The position numbers were made by a program, and so were the translations under genes. This document shows, piece by piece, positions 56,842 through 64,000 of a DNA stretch of 64,000 nucleotides (position 1 is its first letter; every line of letters starts with the position of its first letter). The notes beneath the pieces are model-generated. The model saw only the letters and a program-made list of their open reading frames with translations. It was not told the origin of the DNA and searched no databases. This DNA comes from a candidate division WOR-3 bacterium (lineage in GTDB: Bacteria > Hydrothermota > Hydrothermia > B15-G9), in NCBI GenBank assembly GCA_015489175.1, contig WGAI01000072.1:2828-66827 (forward strand), written 5' to 3'.

Positions 56842-57771
56842 ATGGGGATTAAAGAATCAAAATACATCTGGCTTTCAGGGGAATTTGTGCCCTGGAAAGA
56901 AGCTAAGGTCCATGTTCTTACACATGCGTTGCACTATGGTTCTGCTGTGTTCGAGGGGATCAGGGCATACAATACAAAAAGCAAAGGGACAGCTGTTTTC
57001 AGGTTGAGAGATCACATAAGACGTCTTATCGATTCCGCCAAGATTTACAGGATGGAAGTCCAATACACTATCGAAGAGATAGAGGAGATCATCAAAGAAC
57101 TCATAAGGAAGAACGAGCTTAGAGAATGCTATATCAGGCCGTTGGTATTTCGTGGTTATGGAGATGTAGGTGTTAACCCGCTGAACAATCCTGTCGAGAT
57201 GATGATAGCCGTGTGGGAATGGGGGGAGTATCTGGGAGAAGGTGCGCTTGAGAATGGAGTGGATGTCATGATTTCAAGCTGGTCTCGGATGGCTCCAAAC
57301 ACATTTCCGGCACTATCCAAAGCCACAGCTAACTACGCTAACGCTCAGCTCATAAAAATGGAGTCGCTTGAGTATGGATTTATCGAGGGTATCGCCCTGA
57401 CAGTCGATGGACTTGTCGCTGAAGGGTCGGCAGCCAATGTTTTTGCTGTAAGGGACGGCGTTATCTATACTCCTCCTTTCTACGAGTCGATATTGCCTGG
57501 AATAACAAGGGATAGTATCATAAAAATCATCAAAAAGCTTGGCATGCAAGTTATTGAGACCCCTATGCCGAGAGAATTTCTGTATATCGCCGATGAGGTG
57601 TTCTTCGTTGGCACCGCTTCTGAGGTTACACCCATAAGGTCCATCGACAAAATCCGGATCGGCGATGGGCATAGAGGCCCCATAACCGAGAAGATTCAAA
57701 AAGAGTTCTTTGCGATAGTTCACGGCGAGAAAGAAGACGAATTTGGCTGGCTGACTCCAGTTTACGAGTAG
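56842..57771 (+). CDS. ilvE: Branched-chain amino acid aminotransferase (class IV)
   Basis: AAGGAGG SD before ATG 56842. IWLSGEFVPWKEAKVHVLTHALHYGSAVFEGIRAY and a C-terminal EVFFVGTASEVTPI block typical of IlvE. Confidence 0.85.
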   Translation: MGIKESKYIWLSGEFVPWKEAKVHVLTHALHYGSAVFEGIRAYNTKSKGTAVFRLRDHIRRLIDSAKIYRMEVQYTIEEIEEIIKELIRKNELRECYIRPLVFRGYGDVGVNPLNNPVEMMIAVWEWGEYLGEGALENGVDVMISSWSRMAPNTFPALSKATANYANAQLIKMESLEYGFIEGIALTVDGLVAEGSAANVFAVRDGVIYTPPFYESILPGITRDSIIKIIKKLGMQVIETPMPREFLYIADEVFFVGTASEVTPIRSIDKIRIGDGHRGPITEKIQKEFFAIVHGEKEDEFGWLTPVYE

Positions 57772-57850
57772 CCGGCATAAGATAATATGTGACCTTGACA
57801 CACTGATTTTCAGGTATTAACCTCAATAAGCATAAACAAGGAGGTTTGTT

Positions 57851-60800
57851 ATGAGGTTTCGGTGGTTAGTCGTGGTGACGGCAATTATGGCATTTGGGCA
57901 GGCTTATGGCGTTAGTGACCATAAGCCCATTGTTAAATATAATGGCAAGCGGGGAATAGAATACAAAGTTGATTCCAAAGCTACCGGCGGCGTGGCAGTC
58001 GGTTACTATTTCTGGGAAGACGGTGCAACAAATGAATACTGGCTCGATGAATCAGATCCAGGGAACTGGACTAATACTGCGATCTTAACGGGGCAAGATG
58101 ATGATACAACATCTCTGCTAACAAGCAACAATTTCACATTTAAGTATTTCGGTACAAGTTATAATTTGAGGAAATCGCGCATAAGGATATGTAGTAACGG
58201 TTTTATTACCCTTTATTCCATTATCGGTGACCCGGAAGTTTCGTATTCTGCTGATATGCCAAATGAAAATGCACCTAATAACACAATAGCGCCCTTCTGG
58301 ACAGACCTCGAGTTGAAAGATGCCTCAGGAGCAAACACATCGATCTATTTCGCTGATAGCAGTGGGAGTGATATCCAAAAGGCCATTTTCTATTACGCTG
58401 CCAGACATGTAAATGACAACAGCAAAGTCTATTACTTCCAGATATGGCTTATTGAAGGCGACACTATAGTCTTTTCCTACAAAAACAATTCTTCAGATTA
58501 CACCTATCCAAGCAACAGAGAGCTTGGCGTGGAAAATTCGGATGGTTCTGTCTCGATAGAGATAGACCCCACTTCGATTGACAACGCTCTTTCCAGTAAC
58601 ACATATTATTGGGTCAAATTCTATTACAAAACCCACTATGAGCAGAGTTTCGAAACGGCGTCTATTCCAGATGGATGGAGCATTGGAGCAGGAAGCGGCT
58701 CGTGGACGTTCGGTGACAATACTTATTCACGGCTTGGTAGTGCTTCTGCTAAATTCAACTCCTCAACATTTACCGGTTCAGGAACACCACTTGTTACCCC
58801 GCGCCTCGATCTGAAATACGCTGGAGCTCCATACCTCATTTTCTATATGCATCATGATGAAGTGAACCCGAACAATTTGGATTCACTTTATGTGGACATA
58901 TCCGTTGATGGCGGAGCTACATGGTCAACTCTGACAGGTTACAGCCGCTACGATTACTATGAGGGATGGGAGAAAATCATGGTAAACCTCGATGCTTACA
59001 AAGGTTATTCAAATGTGAAAATAAGACTGCGTCCGGTGGCCAAATCCGGTGGTGATATATATATTGACGCCGTTGAGATTTACACAGATTATACGAAGGA
59101 TATTGATGCCCAGTATGTTTATTATCCGGAACAATATCTCCTTCCTATAGATGGGGATACACCAGACTCTATGCGTCTGAAAGTGAAAAACTGGGCGGAT
59201 TCCCTGAATGCGGGGGTGTATTGGGGGTATCACGATGGTTCTGGTTGGCACCGTTACAGCGTGTCGGCAGTAGATAGACCCTTCCCCGCTTTCTCAGAGC
59301 TGGATACAACAATCCAGATATTTGGAACTACTCCGTCTGGTTTAGATTCTCTCGAAATTTATGTATACTGCCCCGGAGATCAAGACACTCTTGGAGATGT
59401 GATTGTATGGCCAGTTTATGTATCACCATGGGCCAGATGGGATGACGGAGTTCCTGAATCGCATACCGAAAATCCCAAGATTGCTGTCAGATTTAAGAAT
59501 CCTTACAGCGGAACGAACATTGATTCTGTAGGGTTATTTGTAGCCGCACTTACCAAAGGCACAATAGACTCCATCTACATAGCAGATGATAATTCAGGAG
59601 AACCTGGTAATCCTCTTGATGTAGTCACCAATGTAGATGTCTCCACTTCTGGGTGGCTCTGGGTGGCTCTGGACAGCGCTCTCAATACAAGCAATTCTCC
59701 ACTGTGGCTTGTGGTCGTGAATTCCGACAGCTTAAGCATAGGTGTTGATAAATCTCATCCTAACGGGTTCTCAATGTATTACGATCCATCAAACGGATGG
59801 ACTACTGTCAACAGTGGCGATTACATGCTCAGGATGAAGATAAACAAGAGAGCCGCTCATGATGCAACTATCAGTGGCTATGAGATAGACAAATTCGTTG
59901 ATTCCCATGTGAAATCCGGATACACCAGCGACTACACCATAAAACCGACTGTAATAGTTAAGAATGTGGGAACGAATTCGCTTGACGATGTGGAAGTTGA
60001 CTTTTCAATTAGTAGGGATGGCGGCACCTCATGGTCAACGGTATCAACAGAAACTATAGGAACAGCGCTTGATCCTGATTCAAGTGCATCTTACACATTT
60101 TCAACCGGATATGATGCTGGAGGTGATATAGATACATCGCACTATATGATCAGATTCACAGTCACTCAAGTTTATTATGGCGGTTCATGGCAGGCGGACG
60201 ATAACTCATCCAACAACGAATACACAGTTCCTGATACTATTACTAAAGATACCGTTCACGCAGGTGAGAGTTCATCTGGATGGAAATGGGAAGACGACAT
60301 TGGTAATGTGTATGACGATATAACGGTCGATAATAGCTGGTGGGATTATGTCTCTTCGGCTCCCGCAGGTGTTGAAGTTGACACTATTGCTCTTGGAGAC
60401 TACGGAACCGTTAAAGTTGCTTTGCCCTTCCTTGTCAACTTCTTCGGCGTCAATTATGACAGCGTGTATGTTGGCGCAAACGGCGCTCTTGATTTCGTGA
60501 ACAGCCAGATACCTGACGAGAATGTTGACCTTTCCACCTATAACGAAAGCAACAGGGCATTGATAGCACCGTTTTGGGATGACCTAATGACGAAAGCAAG
60601 CGTGTTCAATCCTCCTGATGAACTCATTTTTGTTGCTAAGTCGGCCGATGAGAATCTTCCTGATACATTCGCTGTGACATGGTATAATGTCAAGATCAAG
60701 GCAACAGATGAACCTGTGAAATTTCAGGTTCTGATCATAGATAACCCCAATACTTACACCGATATCATCTTCAGATATAATAACATCTCCTACACAACTG

Positions 60801-61249
60801 ATCAAGCTGATCCCACAATCGGTCTCTACAACAATGTCGGGAGCGGAACTTATTACGCTCAATACAGTTACGACGAATATCCTATCGGGCTTTGTGGCAA
60901 CAAGTGGCTCACTGCGCCAAATGCAATTTACTGGAAGAACCCCACAGCCACAGAAGTCAGCGAGGACAACAGCTCGGATGTCCCGAAAGTATTTGCTCTT
61001 AGCGACATCAGGCCCAACCCTGTGTCCGGCAGAGCGTCAATATCCTTTGCGGTTCCTAAAGATGCTCGTGTGAGAATTGATCTCTACGATGCTGCTGGCA
61101 GGAAGATTCAAACACTTGCAGATGGCAGGTTCAACGCTGGTTATCACTCTGTCACGCTCAACACTTCCCACATCGCCAACGGCGTTTATTTCGTCCACAT
61201 GAAAGCCGATAACTTCCGTCAGACCAAACGCATCATTATCATGAAGTAA
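57851..61249 (+). CDS. Very large secreted hypothetical protein (1132 aa) with a T9SS C-terminal domain
   Basis: AAGGAGG SD. Signal peptide MRFRWLVVVTAIMAFGQAYG. C-terminus IRPNPVSGRASISF...RVRIDLYDAAGRKIQTL...NGVYFVHMKADNF...KRIIIMK. Confidence 0.6.
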   Translation: MRFRWLVVVTAIMAFGQAYGVSDHKPIVKYNGKRGIEYKVDSKATGGVAVGYYFWEDGATNEYWLDESDPGNWTNTAILTGQDDDTTSLLTSNNFTFKYFGTSYNLRKSRIRICSNGFITLYSIIGDPEVSYSADMPNENAPNNTIAPFWTDLELKDASGANTSIYFADSSGSDIQKAIFYYAARHVNDNSKVYYFQIWLIEGDTIVFSYKNNSSDYTYPSNRELGVENSDGSVSIEIDPTSIDNALSSNTYYWVKFYYKTHYEQSFETASIPDGWSIGAGSGSWTFGDNTYSRLGSASAKFNSSTFTGSGTPLVTPRLDLKYAGAPYLIFYMHHDEVNPNNLDSLYVDISVDGGATWSTLTGYSRYDYYEGWEKIMVNLDAYKGYSNVKIRLRPVAKSGGDIYIDAVEIYTDYTKDIDAQYVYYPEQYLLPIDGDTPDSMRLKVKNWADSLNAGVYWGYHDGSGWHRYSVSAVDRPFPAFSELDTTIQIFGTTPSGLDSLEIYVYCPGDQDTLGDVIVWPVYVSPWARWDDGVPESHTENPKIAVRFKNPYSGTNIDSVGLFVAALTKGTIDSIYIADDNSGEPGNPLDVVTNVDVSTSGWLWVALDSALNTSNSPLWLVVVNSDSLSIGVDKSHPNGFSMYYDPSNGWTTVNSGDYMLRMKINKRAAHDATISGYEIDKFVDSHVKSGYTSDYTIKPTVIVKNVGTNSLDDVEVDFSISRDGGTSWSTVSTETIGTALDPDSSASYTFSTGYDAGGDIDTSHYMIRFTVTQVYYGGSWQADDNSSNNEYTVPDTITKDTVHAGESSSGWKWEDDIGNVYDDITVDNSWWDYVSSAPAGVEVDTIALGDYGTVKVALPFLVNFFGVNYDSVYVGANGALDFVNSQIPDENVDLSTYNESNRALIAPFWDDLMTKASVFNPPDELIFVAKSADENLPDTFAVTWYNVKIKATDEPVKFQVLIIDNPNTYTDIIFRYNNISYTTDQADPTIGLYNNVGSGTYYAQYSYDEYPIGLCGNKWLTAPNAIYWKNPTATEVSEDNSSDVPKVFALSDIRPNPVSGRASISFAVPKDARVRIDLYDAAGRKIQTLADGRFNAGYHSVTLNTSHIANGVYFVHMKADNFRQTKRIIIMK

Positions 61250-61275
61250 CAAACTTATTCAAGTGGGCTAACCAC

Positions 61276-61315
61276 CGAAAGCGCTCGGTCTTTGTACCGG
61301 GCGCTTTCGTTTTAT
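61276..61315 (+). terminator. Rho-independent terminator after the 1132-aa gene
   Basis: cgaaagcgc...gcgctttcg stem with an internal ccgg...ccgg sub-stem, followed by TTTTAT. Confidence 0.55.
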
Positions 61316-61421
61316 CGGGAATTTAAGGCCCTGCCAATTCGGATTTTCGTCAATCTTTCCCATTTTAAATCCCCCATCAGTGTTCAAACATCCTTGAGCT
61401 GGCTTTAAACTCAAAGCGGCC

Positions 61422-64000
61422 ATGATAAGGGACAGGATAGGCAAATATAAGATCGAAAGCTGGATAGGCGGAGGCGCTTTCGCTGATGTTTTTCTCGGCT
61501 TCGATACCATCACGGAGCAGAGATATGCGCTCAAAGTCTCCCGTCAGAGGCAAAAAGACATCGATATGCTCATTCATGAGGCAAAACTACTCGCATCGCT
61601 TGAGCATCCCTACATAGTCCGTTTTTACAACGCTGACATAATAGATGGTCGGCTTATCCTCGTCATGGAGTATGTCGAGGGAATGTCGCTTCGCACATTG
61701 ATGGAAGAAAAGCAAATATTCCCGCTTCAGGATGCCATTCAGATCATGGGGCAGCTGCTGGAAGGATTGGACTACGCGCACAGGCGCGGCGTGCTCCACA
61801 GGGATCTGAAGCCGGAGAACATCCTGATAACAGAGGACGGAATTGTGAAGATAACCGATTTCGGGCTCGGCGTATTTTTCGGAGGTGAAAAGGCCTCGCT
61901 CTCCGTCGCTGGAACTCCAACCTACATGCCACCTGAGGCATGGAAAGGCGAATACAGCCCCGAATCCGACATCTGGTCGGCTGGTGCCATCTTCTATGAA
62001 ATGCTTGCCGGGCGGCCGCCTTTCTTCGACGAAACGCTTGAAGGCCTGCGCATGAAGATAAAAAATGGGAAACCGCCGAAAATTCCGAATGTCCCACCAG
62101 ATGTGTTCTCGATAATCAAAAAGGCTCTAAACAGGTCGCCTGAAAAGAGGTTCCACAGCTCATCTGAGTTCAGAGCGGCGATATTCAACCATCTGCGCAA
62201 CAGGGAGCTCCCTTTAATTCAGGTCGAGCTGGGAAGAAGACGCTCGAAGACGCTTCAGGGGTTAACAGATGAGCAGGTTGAAGCCGCTACAATCTGGAAA
62301 CCCGCGGTCATGCTGATAGGTGGAGCTGGCACAGGGAAAACCACCACGATAGCGCATCGCATCGCTCACCTTATCAAAGACGAAGGGGTTCCGGCCGAAA
62401 GGATTGTGGCCGTGACATTCACCGGCAAGGCAGCGGCGAAACTGAAAACGCGCGTCGAACACCTCATAGGAGAAGGGCTGGCGCGTCAGCTCTGGACAGG
62501 AACATTTCACATGCTGGGTTTTCGGATAATCTCGTATGGCGCCGACAGGCTCGGCCTCCCGGAAGATCTGATGATAATAGGCAGGGAAGAATCCCTGAGA
62601 ATTGCCATGATTTTGAGCGGCAACGAAAACGCTAATCTGGTCAAGGGGATGCTGAAGGAAATCAGCCTCGCCAAAAGCAAGCTCATTGACCCTCAACAGT
62701 TCTCAGGCAAAGCACGGGGAAAATGGGGCTTTGAAGTGGCCAAACTTTACAAAGCTTATGAGGCATACAAATTTGAGCGCGGCCTTCTGGACTACGATGA
62801 CATGATCTCTATGGCCATAAAACTGCTTAAGGAACACAGCGACATAAGGGAAATTTTCAACGAGAGATTCGATCACCTCATAGTGGACGAGTTTCAGGAC
62901 ATAAATCTCGCCCAATACGAACTTATCATGTATCTCATTCTGGACAGCGTAGGCAAACTCAGGACATCGATATTCGTCACGGGTGATGACGACCAATCGA
63001 TTTACGGCTTCAGGGGGGCATCCATAAAATTCATAAAGAAAATCAGAAAGGATCTGCCTGAAATTGTCGAATTGAGGCTGACCCACAACTTCCGATCGCC
63101 GCCCGACATCATGAAAGCAGCTGAGACATTAATCTCTCATAACAAAAACAGGATACCCAAAGTGATAATCCCCATCCGAAAGGCCTCCGAAGACAAATCT
63201 CTCATATTCTATGCTGCGGCCGATGAGAACGATGAGGCGGAATATGTGGCATGGAAGATAATGACGGAGCATGAAAACGGGTTCGCATACGAGGAAATGG
63301 CTGTGGTAATGCGCATAAACAGCTATTCGAGGGCGTTTGAGGAGGTGCTTGCGAAGAAACAGATACCCTATAACCTCCCGTTCAGCGGCGGGTTCTACGA
63401 GAGAGCGGAGATACGGGAAGCTGTTGAGTTCCTGAAACTTCTGCTGGACATGGCCGACAAATCCATTTTAAAAGCGGCGTTCAGGCGATTTTTTGGCTTC
63501 AACGCATCCGAGGCGGCCGATGCGTTCAGGAATTTCAATCGCACAGGTCGTCCTACATTCTCTAAAAAACTGCCTCAGGAAAAGCTCGACCTTCTGAAGG
63601 CGTTCTGGGAGCTGGTCGAAAACAGGAGAAATGAGCTCGAAATCATATCCCCTGCCGATTTTCTGGAAGAAGTAATCAATCTGAGCGGTTTTCTCAGCGA
63701 GGACAACAAAAACAGCTCTCTGTCGGTTGAGGAGCGGAAAGAGAACATCCGAGAGCTTCTCAACATTGCGGGTTCCTTTGGTCGCGGTGGAATCCGCAAC
63801 TTTCTGACCCACATTGAGATATCGAGAGAGCTGGGCTCGCAGTCCCAATCGTCGGGCGGGGTGCAGATCATGAGCATCCATTCCGCAAAAGGGCTGGAAT
63901 TCCCGATAGTTTTCCTCGTCGGCATGGCCGAAGGCATTTTTCCATCAAACAGGTCAATTGTGGATCCCGTTCAGCTTGAGGAGGAAAGGCGGCTATGTTT
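61422..64000 (+). CDS. Hanks-type Ser/Thr protein kinase fused to a UvrD/PcrA-like SF1 DNA helicase (3'-truncated by the window edge; absent from the supplied ORF track)
   Basis: Read directly from the sequence: ATG at 61422 with in-frame TGA at 61395, then no stop through position 64000 (859 or more codons). Kinase motifs: IGGGAFADVF (Gly loop), YALKV (Lys), HRDLKPENIL, ITDFGLG, GTPTYMPPE, DIWSAGAIFYEML. Helicase motifs from about residue 290: LIGGAGTGKTTT (I), VTFTGKAAAKL (Ia), IVDEFQDINLAQ (II), FVTGDDDQSIYGFRGA (III), LTHNFRSPPDI (IV), SIHSAKGLEFPIVFLVG (VI). Confidence 0.8.
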   Translation, partial: MIRDRIGKYKIESWIGGGAFADVFLGFDTITEQRYALKVSRQRQKDIDMLIHEAKLLASLEHPYIVRFYNADIIDGRLILVMEYVEGMSLRTLMEEKQIFPLQDAIQIMGQLLEGLDYAHRRGVLHRDLKPENILITEDGIVKITDFGLGVFFGGEKASLSVAGTPTYMPPEAWKGEYSPESDIWSAGAIFYEMLAGRPPFFDETLEGLRMKIKNGKPPKIPNVPPDVFSIIKKALNRSPEKRFHSSSEFRAAIFNHLRNRELPLIQVELGRRRSKTLQGLTDEQVEAATIWKPAVMLIGGAGTGKTTTIAHRIAHLIKDEGVPAERIVAVTFTGKAAAKLKTRVEHLIGEGLARQLWTGTFHMLGFRIISYGADRLGLPEDLMIIGREESLRIAMILSGNENANLVKGMLKEISLAKSKLIDPQQFSGKARGKWGFEVAKLYKAYEAYKFERGLLDYDDMISMAIKLLKEHSDIREIFNERFDHLIVDEFQDINLAQYELIMYLILDSVGKLRTSIFVTGDDDQSIYGFRGASIKFIKKIRKDLPEIVELRLTHNFRSPPDIMKAAETLISHNKNRIPKVIIPIRKASEDKSLIFYAAADENDEAEYVAWKIMTEHENGFAYEEMAVVMRINSYSRAFEEVLAKKQIPYNLPFSGGFYERAEIREAVEFLKLLLDMADKSILKAAFRRFFGFNASEAADAFRNFNRTGRPTFSKKLPQEKLDLLKAFWELVENRRNELEIISPADFLEEVINLSGFLSEDNKNSSLSVEERKENIRELLNIAGSFGRGGIRNFLTHIEISRELGSQSQSSGGVQIMSIHSAKGLEFPIVFLVGMAEGIFPSNRSIVDPVQLEEERRLC

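Noticed and set aside
61268-63937. Several minus-strand ORFs of 66-144 aa
   Set aside because: All are antisense to the long kinase-helicase reading frame, which shows complete catalytic motif sets.
1-64000. CRISPR arrays, integrases, transposases, prophage genes
   Set aside because: I looked for short direct repeats with unique spacers, and for tyrosine/serine recombinase and DDE transposase motifs. None were found. The only tandem repeats are the in-frame LVIVD coding repeats.

Overview
This 64-kb window is bacterial chromosomal sequence, about 50% GC and gene-dense. Nearly every gene is preceded by a strong AGGAGG-type Shine-Dalgarno site, which argues against Bacteroidetes proper. At least eight large secreted proteins end in a type-IX-secretion (T9SS) type-A C-terminal sorting domain, so the source is probably a non-Bacteroidetes member of the Fibrobacteres-Chlorobi-Bacteroidetes (FCB) superphylum, likely a candidate division. 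Recognisable housekeeping genes are rtcB, pckA (ATP type), uppP with an upstream merR-like regulator, exbB-exbD-exbD-tonB followed by a SusC-like TonB-dependent receptor, gpsA-plsY, recG, mltG, gatA, ilvE, a TlpA-family thiol-disulfide oxidoreductase, an Ldh_2-family dehydrogenase, an SPFH protein and an archaeal-type tRNA methyltransferase Trm1. A four-tRNA cluster, Thr(UGU)-Tyr(GUA)-Gly(UCC)-Thr(GGU), lies on the minus strand. The accessory content is dominated by T9SS cargo: two subtilisins, an FG-GAP protein, a BNR/Asp-box protein, an LVIVD-repeat protein and three large proteins of unknown function, together with a PorV-like outer-membrane protein. Findings in rough order of interest: (1) A complete Hanks-type Ser/Thr kinase is fused in frame to a UvrD/PcrA-type SF1 helicase; the protein runs off the 3' end of the window and is missing from the supplied ORF track. 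(2) An EF-Tu paralog is well conserved overall but has lost the switch-II DCPGH motif (now DYQEN). (3) The tRNA cluster Thr-Tyr-Gly-Thr that normally precedes tuf has no tuf downstream here. (4) Diaminopimelate decarboxylase is fused to two SH3b domains and an NlpC/P60 domain, a YkfC-like recycling endopeptidase architecture. (5) The threonylcarbamoyladenylate synthase TsaC (YrdC domain) is fused to a low-molecular-weight phosphotyrosine/arginine phosphatase (LMW-PTP). (6) An EamA/DMT transporter is fused to winged-helix and SIS-like domains. (7) An RNase HII-like protein carries a large insertion. No CRISPR array, integrase or transposase was seen.
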